From the IMG/VR virus record IMGVR_UViG_3300000976_000012, positions 1 through 64,000 of that record: a stretch of 64,000 nucleotides of DNA, one strand, 5' to 3'. Within the stretch, counting starts at the first letter, position 1. Every line of letters begins with the position of its first letter. The notes below the pieces were generated by a model. That model saw only the letters and a program-made list of their open reading frames with translations. It ran no database searches and was not told the DNA's origin. The position numbers and the translations under genes are program-made. The DNA is from a virus. Positions 1-9,516 of the stretch are shown one piece after another.

Positions 1-499
1 GAATAACTGCTTGGTTTAAGCTCTCCGTGAAATTCAGTAGCTCTTGTTGGGATACGCCAAGGTCTTTTGCTGCTAGTCCAACACGGGCATATAGTTCTGC
101 TGTCGAATTATATGCGCTACGTGTTTTATTAGCGATGGTGAATAATCGATCCGTGACCACCGCTAATTCTTCGGTGCCAGATGTTACTAGCTTCAATCTG
201 TTTTGAATGTTGGTGTATTCATCTGCCAGCCGGACAGCTTCTCTAACAGCAAACGCCCCTGCCAAAGCCTGCATGGCCCTACCGAGTGAGACTATATTAC
301 CGCGTGCTTTGCGAGCCTCTTGGCCCGTTTTACGAATGCTATCACCTTGCTTACGAACCTGATCTCCAGATTTACGGGCGGCGGTGCCAGCCTTCCTCGA
401 CTGCTCCGCAACGCCTTGCAAATCACCTTTGAAGTTCTGAAGCGCAGCCTTCGCAGCATTACGCATTTTGATGGTGAATATCAGGTCACGATTTTTCAC
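1..499 (-). CDS. tail tape measure protein, N-terminal part (ORF runs off window start)
   Basis: My translation of the minus strand from GTG 499 (alt ATG 466) stays open to position 1: VKNRDLIFTIKMRNAAKAALQNF...TAELYARVGLAAKDLGVSQQELLNF, TMP-like. GTGA overlap with the upstream stop. Follows the G/GT chaperone pair. Confidence 0.7.
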   Translation of the reverse strand, partial: MKNRDLIFTIKMRNAAKAALQNFKGDLQGVAEQSRKAGTAARKSGDQVRKQGDSIRKTGQEARKARGNIVSLGRAMQALAGAFAVREAVRLADEYTNIQNRLKLVTSGTEELAVVTDRLFTIANKTRSAYNSTAELYARVGLAAKDLGVSQQELLNFTESLNQAVI

Positions 500-1337
500 C
501 TTGCACTCCGTCTGTTACCGCCGCGTCTTCCCTTATTCTCTGCGGCCCTCATTTTCCGTTTTTGCTCTTCATCCTCGGCTGATTGAATGGTATTCACTGC
601 ACCTTGGATCACGACAATGAACTCCATGAGAAGCGCCGGTTGATCAAGAAGCCCTCCGTCAACCGGCAATACGCCGCGCTTGTAATTATCGTAATACCAC
701 ATAATCTTCGACATGCCAGTGGGATTATCCAAAAACAGTCGCATGGGGCACCGGGTCAGAAGTTGGCCTTCAATTTCAACCTTTTCTTTGGCAGGCGCTG
801 TGCAACCCCACTGCACCTTTTGCCGAGCGTTACATTTAGAGCAATCGCGATCCGACAAAATGTGAGTGGAGAGTACAGCCTGCCTTAGTCGTTTTTTTCA
901 TCTGCCGACGCTTCGTTGTAGTTCAGAATTTGCTCGCCAAGCTCAGCTATGACATTTGACGGTACACGTCCTATAAATTCAGGGGTACATACTTCGTAGC
1001 CCTTACCACCAAGATTGGTTCGCTTGGTTTCGTACTTCACTTCCTTACCCTTGCTGTCCATGAAGTTGTCCGGCTCTGCCAGTCCAAAGGTGCAAAGGTC
1101 CATATACAGATCATGCTGCGCGACTTGCGTTCCAATCTCCGCATCAGGGTTATTAGGGTCCACGGTGATTTTCGTGGTCTTATCCTTCAGCTTACCCATA
1201 ACACGGCTATCAAGCGTCTTGATGCGCCACGTAGTGGGTTTCCAATCAACGTGGTCAGCGTGGTCTTCGGGTGGCCGGACGTCGGCCTTACAGACATAAT
1301 CTTTCAATTGTCCGGGTGTTAGTGCGGTAATAGCCAT
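496..1337 (-). CDS. tail assembly chaperone G-T fusion (programmed -1 frameshift product)
   Basis: ORF 885..1337 ends GAA AAA AAC GAC TAA. The -1 frame entered at A_AAA_AAC (897..891) is open and runs into ORF 496..858 with no stop. This is the lambda G/GT arrangement directly upstream of the TMP. Confidence 0.6.
885..1337 (-). CDS. tail assembly chaperone (gpG-like)
   Basis: 150 aa from ATG 1337, preceded by GAAGGAAGG. Lies between the tail tube gene and the TMP and carries a slippery site at its 3' end. Confidence 0.65.
   Translation of the reverse strand: MAITALTPGQLKDYVCKADVRPPEDHADHVDWKPTTWRIKTLDSRVMGKLKDKTTKITVDPNNPDAEIGTQVAQHDLYMDLCTFGLAEPDNFMDSKGKEVKYETKRTNLGGKGYEVCTPEFIGRVPSNVIAELGEQILNYNEASADEKND
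891..897 (-). other. -1 ribosomal slippery heptamer A_AAA_AAC
   Basis: The minus strand reads GA-A AAA AAC in the zero frame, 2 codons before the gpG-like stop. Confidence 0.6.
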
Positions 1338-1365
1338 TCTGTGGTTCCTTCCTTCTGTTGGCTTG

Positions 1366-1379
1366 TGCAACGGGTTGCA
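1366..1379. repeat. 14-bp palindromic motif copy 1
   Basis: Plus strand reads TGCAACGGGTTGCA. Intergenic, 29 nt upstream of the chaperone ATG at 1337. Confidence 0.9.
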
Positions 1380-1382
1380 CGG

Positions 1383-1628
1383 TTAGTCTTTGTCAGCGTA
1401 ACGAGTTTCTATCCAGCGGCCCGCCTGCTCGTCCTTCACTCGCTCAGCCGCCGCTAGTGTCAGCTTGGTAGCGATGATCCGTGTGTTCGATATGTGGCGA
1501 TCTCGAACGAAATTCTTCTGGAGCACTATGAACACCTTCACACGATATGAAGGCTTCCCACGACTACGACCCGTGGCTCCGGATGTAGAACCACGGGTCG
1601 CGTCAAGAGTGGTTGCGTTAGTCGCCAT
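1383..1628 (-). CDS. hypothetical protein
   Basis: 81-aa ORF between the tail tube gene and the chaperone. No recognisable domain. Confidence 0.4.
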   Translation of the reverse strand: MATNATTLDATRGSTSGATGRSRGKPSYRVKVFIVLQKNFVRDRHISNTRIIATKLTLAAAERVKDEQAGRWIETRYADKD

Positions 1629-1643
1629 AAGCCCCTGTGATGA

Positions 1644-2951
1644 TCAGCAGAAAACGATGATCGTTTCATCATCTCCGTCAATACGTTTAGGCATAGCAGT
1701 CTTCTCATAAGTGAGAGTACCGTTCCGATCACCAAAGCTCTGCTCTGATGTCTGTGTTTTACCGCAGAAAAACACCGTCTGGTTGCCCGGTTCAGTACCA
1801 ATACGAGTTACGAATACTTTCGACTTAGAGTTCACGAACTCATCCCAAAACGGATGATCCGCTTCAATGGTCGCCTCTGGGTTGAACCCAATGACAGGTA
1901 AACGACTGACAATACGCGAGCCAATGTATCCTTGAGGTCCGTTAACCGAGGGACGTGCTTGCACGTCATTAGCTTGTTCATATGTGATTTGCTCAACAAC
2001 TAGATTGCGATTGCCGCCCCATGTCATGGTGGACAATTCAACCTGTGGTGGCAGGCACACCTCGCCGTAATCTACATCCGGAATGAGTTCATCACCCGGC
2101 TGTACGAAATTGGTTGTGTAATTGAAAGTGAGCTTCGCGATGTCGCCTGCGTTAGCCTCAAGACTGAAACTACCAAGGCCACGCGTACCGATAAGTTTTA
2201 CGCCGTCGCGGTTCAATTCCATACGTGCGGTCTTTTGATCTCGTGAAATAGGTACAGCCTTCACGCCAACCGGAAATACCACAAGAGACCACTTCTGGCC
2301 TAATACAAGATCGCCGGTCCATGTTGGGGTGATTGAACCGCCCTTGGCTCCAAGTGTCAACGCCGTACCGGATGTGATCGTTTCTGATGCCGGAGCTGCG
2401 ATAACGTCTCCGTTCGTACCGTCACCTTCATCTGCTTTAGAGTTCGACGTGATCGTGATTTGCGCCGCGCCGGACGCACCCGCTGTGGTCACTTCGATAA
2501 TATAAAGAACGGGCTGCAACACAGACGTAGCAGCCGGGTCAGATGCCCAACTGATAGTCGGGTCAGTCTTCGCATTGTCTGCGTCGGCAATTACAGGGGA
2601 ATGACAATCAGGCCCTGCGGTCATAGGTAGCAAATCATAACCACATGCTTGGATCATATCAGCGATGATTGGGCGATCTACAAGTAAACCGGACTGTTGC
2701 TTCCCGTTCCCTCGCACCTCAGTGGTGACTTGGAAACCAGAAACAATCCGACCTACAATGCTCTCAAAAGGTGACAGGTCGTTCGATACGTAATCACGCT
2801 CAAGAACTTGTGGGTCCGTTGTATATTCAGGGGATGAAACTTCGATAGCATCGACGTTTGGGTCCAAAACCGGATCAACGCCGGGTGTCTCTTCGATGCC
2901 AAAAAGAAAAGTTGCTCGTCTTGTGAGAAGACCGCCAAGCTCTCCGCTCAT
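1644..2951 (-). CDS. major tail (tube) protein, putative
   Basis: 435 aa with an AAGGAG SD before ATG 2951. Sits after the neck genes and before the chaperone and TMP. No sheath/tube pair is present. Confidence 0.55.
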   Translation of the reverse strand: MSGELGGLLTRRATFLFGIEETPGVDPVLDPNVDAIEVSSPEYTTDPQVLERDYVSNDLSPFESIVGRIVSGFQVTTEVRGNGKQQSGLLVDRPIIADMIQACGYDLLPMTAGPDCHSPVIADADNAKTDPTISWASDPAATSVLQPVLYIIEVTTAGASGAAQITITSNSKADEGDGTNGDVIAAPASETITSGTALTLGAKGGSITPTWTGDLVLGQKWSLVVFPVGVKAVPISRDQKTARMELNRDGVKLIGTRGLGSFSLEANAGDIAKLTFNYTTNFVQPGDELIPDVDYGEVCLPPQVELSTMTWGGNRNLVVEQITYEQANDVQARPSVNGPQGYIGSRIVSRLPVIGFNPEATIEADHPFWDEFVNSKSKVFVTRIGTEPGNQTVFFCGKTQTSEQSFGDRNGTLTYEKTAMPKRIDGDDETIIVFC

Positions 2952-3052
2952 GATAGTTACTCCTTGCTATTGCTAATGCTATTGCTTGTTAGGGACTTCC
3001 CGTAGCAGTGGTTGTTTTACGTGTTCATCTGATCCGCGTCAAGATAATGTGA

Positions 3053-3553
3053 TCAACATTGCGTAGTTGGGTCATTGACGCGAGTGCGGTACTTGATTTC
3101 GACAATGAGCACACCCGCCACCACACCGGGATTGGATGATGTTATATCTAGTTCGCTACCCCGTTCTTCAATGTTCAGAGATAGCTTCTGGCCTGTGTTT
3201 TCTTCAGTGCAGTAAATGTCCAACCCTATGATACGTTGCACCTCTCCAAGCACTCGATTAGCGAAGTCGGCTGCATCATCACATTCAGCCAACTTCACAT
3301 GAAATTCCATAGCCACGCTCAATCGGCGTTCGTCTCGCTGCACATCCGGGCGAACTCGCTCGCTGGTGTCGTACAAACCTATGGCGTAGCCGGACTGCTG
3401 CTGTTCTTTAGTCAGAGGTAACCGACTAACCTCATCCCACGTAAATGATGCACCGTTGACATTGGCTACCTCGCACTCAAACCGTTTCTTCAAATGCTTC
3501 ATTATGCGGTTGCGGATTGGGTCGGGTCCGACTGGTTCGGGGGTCAAGCTCAT
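3053..3553 (-). CDS. tail completion/terminator-like protein, putative
   Basis: 166 aa. Start moved to ATG 3553 (ATGA overlap with the upstream gene). Call is by position in the neck module only. Confidence 0.4.
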   Translation of the reverse strand: MSLTPEPVGPDPIRNRIMKHLKKRFECEVANVNGASFTWDEVSRLPLTKEQQQSGYAIGLYDTSERVRPDVQRDERRLSVAMEFHVKLAECDDAADFANRVLGEVQRIIGLDIYCTEENTGQKLSLNIEERGSELDITSSNPGVVAGVLIVEIKYRTRVNDPTTQC

Positions 3554-4200
3554 GGTAGCCACTCATCTATTATGTTGGAAATTTCCTCAAACGTATTTTT
3601 TTCAAAATAGGTCATACGTGAATTGAACGCCTCTGTCATCTTCAACCGGGGCCGGATCGTAATCTCGGGCTTTAATACGTAAAGCGGCGTCACTTCATTG
3701 GCGTTGGGTAGTTTTCTAAAAATTAGCAGATTTCCTTTTTTCGACCGTGCAACAAATGTGTTGTCCCATGCTCTCGCACGCTCCCTCAAAGGTACGCCTC
3801 GGCTATCCAAAGCAGCAGGCAGTGGGATGGTAAGGTACTGCGAACGCGTCGCCCGGATCGTGCCACCTTCTTCATGAAACGACAGCTTGGCAGCGGATAT
3901 TTTACCAACTGCAAACTCAGTCCCCCCCTGCGCCCTAACCTGTATACTTTCTTGAATAGACCGCAAACCATCACCAGATCGGACTTGCAAATTATTCCCA
4001 GACGGCCCCCCACTCCACGGAGTGCCATGCTTCTTTTTCATCTCGTCTGCAACCTGTTGCAGCGCATCCTGCATCATTGCGGGAACTTCAAGCTCAGCAT
4101 AGTCGATTGCTTCTTCGAGTTGGTCATAGATGTCCATGAACGCGTGTTGCAGCGTTGGATAGCTCATTCGATTGAGCTGGACTTCTACGATGTTAAACAT
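3550..4200 (-). CDS. neck / head-tail joining protein, putative
   Basis: 216 aa with a TAATG overlap onto the connector gene. Call is by position only. Confidence 0.4.
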   Translation of the reverse strand: MFNIVEVQLNRMSYPTLQHAFMDIYDQLEEAIDYAELEVPAMMQDALQQVADEMKKKHGTPWSGGPSGNNLQVRSGDGLRSIQESIQVRAQGGTEFAVGKISAAKLSFHEEGGTIRATRSQYLTIPLPAALDSRGVPLRERARAWDNTFVARSKKGNLLIFRKLPNANEVTPLYVLKPEITIRPRLKMTEAFNSRMTYFEKNTFEEISNIIDEWLP

Positions 4201-4931
4201 TAGCCGCGCCCGGTGCGTACCCGTTTCAGGTGCGCCACAAAGCTCTGAGCTTCAGGGGTCAAGCCACCAAGCACGGCAAACTCACTTTGTGCAATGCTGT
4301 CTTTACCTGACACCTGACGTTCGTTCTTCATGCCTACGTTGTCCCTGCGTAACTTCATATGCAAGAACTGGATTTGCACAAGCGCAGCCATCTTTAACCA
4401 GTGAGGTGCGGCCACACTCAAGGTCGTTTCCCCGCCCTCTTCTGCGAAAGCGTAGCCTGCCGTATACGTGGCTTTGAATGCCCGCTGTCTAAACCGGGTG
4501 CCGATGTTCACGCTTACACGGTCATTATCGTAGTCAATCTGATAATCGCGCTCAGCAACCAACTTGGTGTCGTTTGAAAACGCATCGGTTCCAAAGTTGC
4601 TTGGGTCGTACCAGAGACTGAAGTTAGTGTCTGGGTCGATTACGGTACCGGTCAGAAATAGTGTTTGCGGTTTCACGTCTACGCGCAACCCGTCGTCCAG
4701 TATATTTGGTATGGAGTTACTTTGGAGATCGTAGCTGGTTCTACTGTTCGACCGCGCTGTAAAATACTCCGTGTGTTCTTGCTTGGTGAGATACCGCCCA
4801 GTCATCTTTTCGATCATCTGTGTTGCTGACGCTATCAATCGGTCAACATGGTCATCCTTGTCCGAATTGCTGTTGCGGATTTCAAGTACTTCTTTCGCTT
4901 CAGCGCGGGTCAGGATGGGGTGGCTCAGCAT
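4200..4931 (-). CDS. head-tail connector protein (gp6-like)
   Basis: The N-terminus LTRAEAKEVLEIRNSNSDKDDHVDRLIASATQMIEKMTGRYL resembles gp6-like connector proteins. AGGAGA SD upstream. Confidence 0.55.
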   Translation of the reverse strand: MLSHPILTRAEAKEVLEIRNSNSDKDDHVDRLIASATQMIEKMTGRYLTKQEHTEYFTARSNSRTSYDLQSNSIPNILDDGLRVDVKPQTLFLTGTVIDPDTNFSLWYDPSNFGTDAFSNDTKLVAERDYQIDYDNDRVSVNIGTRFRQRAFKATYTAGYAFAEEGGETTLSVAAPHWLKMAALVQIQFLHMKLRRDNVGMKNERQVSGKDSIAQSEFAVLGGLTPEAQSFVAHLKRVRTGRG

Positions 4932-4947
4932 GATGGTCTCCTAACAG

Positions 4948-4970
4948 AAAAAGGCCGGTGTTACCCGACC
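4948..4970 (-). terminator. rho-independent terminator candidate
   Basis: The minus strand reads GGTCGG-gtaaca-CCGGCC followed by TTTTT, 27 nt after the stop of 4997..5278. Confidence 0.55.
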
Positions 4971-4996
4971 CCTTCTATCTCGTTATGCGGGTGTTG

Positions 4997-5278
4997 TCAC
5001 TTGCTGCGTTTGCGAGGGTTCACCTTAGCATCGTCATCTTCGCTATCTACGTCGCCGAGATCGGTATCGGTCGCTGGCTCGAAGGTGAATTTGCAACGGG
5101 TTTCGTTTGTTTTCTCGTTACCCGTAGTGATTGTGATGGTATCCGTAGCATTAACCTCCAGATGCTCTTTGTCTTCATTCGAGATGATTTGACCTTCACC
5201 CTTTTTGAAGGGGATTCCGCCGTATGTATAAATACGACCGTGAGCGAGAGTGGCTTTCCAAGCCTTGGTATCCGACAT
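4997..5278 (-). CDS. small head-associated protein, putative
   Basis: 93 aa immediately after the MCP gene. C-terminus is KVNPRKRSK (basic tag family). Confidence 0.45.
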   Translation of the reverse strand: MSDTKAWKATLAHGRIYTYGGIPFKKGEGQIISNEDKEHLEVNATDTITITTGNEKTNETRCKFTFEPATDTDLGDVDSEDDDAKVNPRKRSK

Positions 5279-5328
5279 TGTATTGATCCTTCCTGCTGCT
5301 TCTTATGCTGCTGGTTTGGTTGAAACGG

Positions 5329-5365
5329 TAGACGGGAACTTAACGCGTAAGTTCCCGCCCGTCTA
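5329..5365 (-). terminator. strong stem-loop after the major capsid gene
   Basis: TAGACGGGCGGGAACTTA-cgcgt-TAAGTTCCCGTCTA (9 bp plus 6 bp with a bulge), 20 nt after the MCP stop. The U-tract is weak. Confidence 0.45.
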
Positions 5366-5384
5366 TTCGTTTCTCGTTTCCTTA

Positions 5385-6317
5385 TTAGGAACCGAGGTTG
5401 GTCAGCTTAACCGCTGCGTCAACTTCTTCGATTGCGAAGCCGATGCGCATGGTAAGCACGATGACCCAGCTACGTGCACGAATGTCACGTTCGCGCTCGA
5501 TCCGCACATTCCGTTGAAGGCCAAAGATGACATTCTTCGGATCGATCATAAGACCGTTTGCTTCCGGCATAAGTGCCACGCCCTGAAGCGGAACGCCCAG
5601 AACTGGAAGTGGTGCGTTGCCAAGCAACGTCGCGTCGCCAAGATCGGTGCCACGGCTGGCAACCTGCACGCGATAGTCACTCTCGACGTCCATCGAGTTG
5701 AGGTAACGCAGCGTACTCAGGTTTCGGCGATATCGAGTAGGCATCGCTTTCTTCAGATCGTTGAACACGTTGATCGAGATCGGGGAACCTGTAGCATCGA
5801 CCACGTTGGTGTTCACCATTTTGAGAACGCCGTCCAACGTCGCAAGGTATGCGTCACTAGATGCGGTGTCACCCGCGATCAGAAGCTCTTCGAGGTCAAG
5901 CGCTACGCGCTCAGCAAGCAACGTCATAATGGTGTCAGCCATTTGGTCGCGCTCAATGTTATCTTCGAGCAAATCATCGTGGAGATGGATTTCCGCAATA
6001 TACTCAGTCGTAGACAGGTTGACCTGACCAAAGTCCGGGACGGCGCGATCAACAGCATCGAGGTGCCGAGTATTCGAGCCGTCGTCTTGTGCGCCACCGC
6101 TGCCCGTATTAGGCGCAGGGCGTAAGACGCGAGAACCAAACCCTATTTTAGGGATTTTCATCTCAGGTGCGTTCATTGGCTGCTGGCGAACCTGATTGAT
6201 TAAGGTCGGCTCATCAATGATGTTTTGAAAAAAGGTGTTCTGATGCTCAGGGTCGAGCACGCCACCATTTGCGGTAAGATCGGCAAGAGCCAAATCTGCG
6301 CGTTGCACTTTATCCAT
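5385..6317 (-). CDS. major capsid protein (HK97-fold family)
   Basis: 310 aa with a capsid-family-like sequence. Lies after the protease and scaffold genes, has a GAAGGAA SD, and is followed by a stem-loop. Confidence 0.8.
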   Translation of the reverse strand: MDKVQRADLALADLTANGGVLDPEHQNTFFQNIIDEPTLINQVRQQPMNAPEMKIPKIGFGSRVLRPAPNTGSGGAQDDGSNTRHLDAVDRAVPDFGQVNLSTTEYIAEIHLHDDLLEDNIERDQMADTIMTLLAERVALDLEELLIAGDTASSDAYLATLDGVLKMVNTNVVDATGSPISINVFNDLKKAMPTRYRRNLSTLRYLNSMDVESDYRVQVASRGTDLGDATLLGNAPLPVLGVPLQGVALMPEANGLMIDPKNVIFGLQRNVRIERERDIRARSWVIVLTMRIGFAIEEVDAAVKLTNLGS

Positions 6318-6367
6318 GGTATTGTTCCTTCGAGTGGATGGTTTACGGTTATTCGGATGCTGCGATG

Positions 6368-7873
6368 TTACTTGGCGTGGCGACTGCCAGCGGCGCGAAG
6401 AATGTTGTTAGCAGTTTGGCTGCTCTCGCTAGTCTTCTTGGCTGGCTTGCTTTCATCACCAGATACATCATCTGCTCCCTTTTGGGTTTGGCCACGTGCG
6501 TTGTCCGCCGCCACCCGCTCTGCGAGTTCTTTACGAGCCTCGCCAGCATCCTCTTCAGCCTTAGTGGCTTTGGCTTCCGCCGCTTCCACCTTGTCATTCA
6601 AGGGTGCTACGGCCTTCTCGACTGCCGCCTTGACGGTGGCCTCCAGATCAGTACCGTTATCGTCCGACGCATCTGCATCGGCTGATTTCGTTTTGGATGT
6701 TTTCGCCGCGTCGTCGGACTTGGTTACTTCTCCATATTCATCGACAAGCTGAGCGGTCACATCGGTGAGCGCCTCAAGCGTCTGCATAGCAGCGCTCTTC
6801 AGCTTAGTAACGACCTCATCCGAGTAACCGGAATAGTCGGCATCCATGATGATCCAACGTAGCGTCATCACAACGTCAAGAATATCCATCACGCCATAAG
6901 CGTTAACTTTCTTGACTGTGACAGGAACGCCCGCTTTCTTGGCTTGCGCCATTACGCCGTCTATCTTTTCTTTCAGAGCCGCGTGTTCATCTTCGACCGG
7001 CTCCGCGTCCGGCAAGATCAATTGCGTCAGTGGGAAGCTGGCACGCTGCACGGTATCATCTGCGTCAAAACGCACAACGCTAGCTGTATCACCACCAATC
7101 TTTTCAATCGTGGCGAGCTTGCCTTTCATTTCATGATCTTCGTCTGCCACTCGGACGACCGAACCGGCTGCGATAACGGGCGTGTCATCAGACTTAGCAG
7201 CAGCACTATCATCGCCGGGTTTGTCGTCATCTGATTTTGCTACATCATCCTTATCCGCGTCGTCATCGGACTTGGTGGCATCATCTGTATCATTGTCAGA
7301 TTTGGCAGCGTCATCACCGTTGTCATCAGACTTAGACGTGTCGTCTTTGTCGCCTGCATCGTCGTCTGATTTTGTGGCATCACCATCGTCGTCAACGTCA
7401 ACGTCTTGTTCGTCTGCGGTCTTGCCGACAAACGCAGCAACGCCGTCAGCAACGCCATCAATCCGCTTGACAGAGCCTGTCTCAAATTTGAGCGTATTGT
7501 CTTCATCACTGGAAACTTCAAAGGTCTTTTCGGTTTCGATAATCTGGTAACCGTCGTAACCTCCTTCATCCAACCACGCCTTGACGGCGGTTTCATCGGC
7601 AAACTGGCTGTCACCGTCGCCTTTTTGGAAGTCAAATTGCATGACGGCAAAGCCCTTTGGAGCTATCGCCGCCACAGTGCTCTTACTGGCTTTGCGTTTC
7701 ATGTTTGGTTCCTTTACATTATCTTTGTCTCCGCATGCTTTCGCATCTGCTTTGACCACCGTGAACGGTTCTTTGTTAGCCCCGGCTGTCACCATTGAGA
7801 CGAATGCGGGGTTGGGATCGGTCAGCGCTGTCGCTGTCATGGTCTTTGTGATCGGTTTGATCTTCATGGTCAA
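6368..7873 (-). CDS. acidic scaffold-like protein
   Basis: 501 aa, very acidic, with KSDD-type repeats. Lies between the protease and MCP genes. ATGA overlap with the protease gene. Confidence 0.5.
   Translation of the reverse strand: MTMKIKPITKTMTATALTDPNPAFVSMVTAGANKEPFTVVKADAKACGDKDNVKEPNMKRKASKSTVAAIAPKGFAVMQFDFQKGDGDSQFADETAVKAWLDEGGYDGYQIIETEKTFEVSSDEDNTLKFETGSVKRIDGVADGVAAFVGKTADEQDVDVDDDGDATKSDDDAGDKDDTSKSDDNGDDAAKSDNDTDDATKSDDDADKDDVAKSDDDKPGDDSAAAKSDDTPVIAAGSVVRVADEDHEMKGKLATIEKIGGDTASVVRFDADDTVQRASFPLTQLILPDAEPVEDEHAALKEKIDGVMAQAKKAGVPVTVKKVNAYGVMDILDVVMTLRWIIMDADYSGYSDEVVTKLKSAAMQTLEALTDVTAQLVDEYGEVTKSDDAAKTSKTKSADADASDDNGTDLEATVKAAVEKAVAPLNDKVEAAEAKATKAEEDAGEARKELAERVAADNARGQTQKGADDVSGDESKPAKKTSESSQTANNILRAAGSRHAK
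7184..7411 (-). repeat. degenerate tandem acidic repeat (KSDD units) in the scaffold-like gene
   Basis: aa 155-230 read DVDVDDDGDATKSDDDAGDKDDTSKSDDNGDDAAKSDNDTDDATKSDDDADKDDVAKSDDDKPGDDSAAAKSDD. Confidence 0.7.
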
Positions 7874-8466
7874 GCTCCAACGTCAGGTATCGAAAAGCGA
7901 TGCGAATGGCCGTCTGTCTTAGCAGTCATTGTCGCGTGATTGATTTTGTGCACGTGGCCGTCTTCGCCTTCTGACGTAATGCCGCCGATGACATTCCCTA
8001 TGTCATCTGTCTGCACAAAGAAAATATGTTCGTGATCCACGCCTTTCTGTGTTGACGTCTCGCCTACATGATCTCGTGTGGTGGTCACTTCGATGTCATA
8101 ATCAGCAAGACGCACAAGCGCCTCAAAGCTGTAGCCATTGATATTGCCCGCCAACACCTCTGGCCAAATGGTGTCATCCACTTTGACACCCAATACCCAC
8201 TCACCAACGGCAAAGTCCACATCATCTAGGTTGCGATTGACGTAGCTTTCAATAGGGTAGGAGCCATTAGGTACGTTATCATGGTTGGTGTCGATCACAC
8301 CCGCCAAATCCAATTGCATAAAACGGTGCGCCATAGTCTCGATGTCTTCGGCAAGCATAAATTCACCATATGTATCGAGCGCGTTCGGAGCATACACACC
8401 CGCATAAACGATCTGCCTGTCAGCATCGATCCTTTTAATGCGTGCAATGGTCTCGCGTTTTTTCAT
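7870..8466 (-). CDS. prohead protease, XkdF-like (putative)
   Basis: The segment VYAPNALDTYGEFMLAEDIETMAHRF plus C-terminal HxH repeats recall XkdF/S78-type phage proteases (from memory). Position in the head module fits. Alternative start at 8484. Confidence 0.5.
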   Translation of the reverse strand: MKKRETIARIKRIDADRQIVYAGVYAPNALDTYGEFMLAEDIETMAHRFMQLDLAGVIDTNHDNVPNGSYPIESYVNRNLDDVDFAVGEWVLGVKVDDTIWPEVLAGNINGYSFEALVRLADYDIEVTTTRDHVGETSTQKGVDHEHIFFVQTDDIGNVIGGITSEGEDGHVHKINHATMTAKTDGHSHRFSIPDVGA

Positions 8467-8541
8467 GTTCGTGTCCAAAAACATCGTTCAAGTAGATTGC
8501 GATGTTTTTATGCGATGACCATGTGCACGTCAAGGCTCCAG

Positions 8542-8555
8542 TGCAACGGGTTGCA
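8542..8555. repeat. 14-bp palindromic motif copy 2
   Basis: TGCAACGGGTTGCA, 2 nt after the stop of 8557..9516 and upstream of TTGACG-17-TAAAAA and the protease gene. Confidence 0.9.
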
Positions 8556-8556
8556 A

Positions 8557-9516
8557 TTATTCCCAAACGAGACGCGACCGGCAATGGCCGTGGATGGGTG
8601 GTACTACCACACCAAGTGCTAGCAGTTGCGCTTCGTTAAGGCCGCGCACGTCATCTAGTCTTAGCCACGGTGTGATCGTTTTGATCTCTTCTGGTGTTGC
8701 TGTTGCTATACGGTCTGCGAGTATGTTGACATCTTGTGCTTTCCATCGTTTGCCTGCCAACTCCAAACATATCGCAGATGTCTTGCTGTCACGCACAATG
8801 GTATAGACGATGTGGCGCTTACCCATAAACACGCCGGTTTTGATATAGCCGTAATGGTACGCACGTGATGCCGACGCATTGGCCACGATATTCCAGTAAG
8901 GCACACTGCGCAGGCGGCGATCTAACAACTCGCGAATAGCTTGCAGTTCTTGTAGGTCATTAGACGTACCATTGAGCACGGCACTATGCACCGCATCGAC
9001 AAGCACAGGCATTACCTGTGTGTTGAAATAATTATTGGTGTAGTATTTCGCGCTCTGCGACATACCGGTAACAATACGCAAACGCTCAGTATCTGAAAGT
9101 GGCAAACTAAGTGGTACCTCGTGTTGTCCGAGCAACGTGGCACCGTCCAGAGCAATACCCACCTTAGCTTCAAGAGTGGACGGCCATGAATTGTTATCCC
9201 ATATAGCTGCCGAAGTGGCAGCGGCGGTGGCGACTGAGTTCTCATTGAGGCCGTCGCGATCAAGAGCGTCCAGTATTGGTTCCTCTACTTCGTCCGCAAG
9301 GCTTGATGCGTTTTCGGACAGCAACTCTGTCAGGTCCGCCTCGCTGTCCACGAACGGTGCATCACCTGTATCTATCTTCAGCGCAGTACGCAGCCCTGTA
9401 TAATCGCGGACGCGCCGTTCAAGTTGCATAACAGACAAATCATTGAGAATGCTTTCTGTAGCATTTGCACCACAACATCCGCACCTCGGATCGTGTTGAT
9501 CAAGATGGAAGTCCAT
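8557..9516 (-). CDS. minor head / head morphogenesis protein (SPP1 gp7 / Mu F-like)
   Basis: 319 aa with the segment IVRDSKTSAICLELAGKRW, typical of this family. TAATG overlap with the portal gene. Confidence 0.6.
   Translation of the reverse strand: MDFHLDQHDPRCGCCGANATESILNDLSVMQLERRVRDYTGLRTALKIDTGDAPFVDSEADLTELLSENASSLADEVEEPILDALDRDGLNENSVATAAATSAAIWDNNSWPSTLEAKVGIALDGATLLGQHEVPLSLPLSDTERLRIVTGMSQSAKYYTNNYFNTQVMPVLVDAVHSAVLNGTSNDLQELQAIRELLDRRLRSVPYWNIVANASASRAYHYGYIKTGVFMGKRHIVYTIVRDSKTSAICLELAGKRWKAQDVNILADRIATATPEEIKTITPWLRLDDVRGLNEAQLLALGVVVPPIHGHCRSRLVWE

Noticed and set aside
5250-6125. 291-aa plus-strand ORF. Other long plus-strand ORFs of the same kind: 47128..47964, 57887..58522, 6225..6752, 7182..7550, 33067..33570, 42202..42714, 44220..44798.
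   Set aside because: Each lies antisense to a well-supported minus-strand gene (MCP, terS/terL, acidic protein, scaffold and others). They have low-complexity Ser/Ala/Leu-rich translations and no promoter or SD. They are shadow ORFs.
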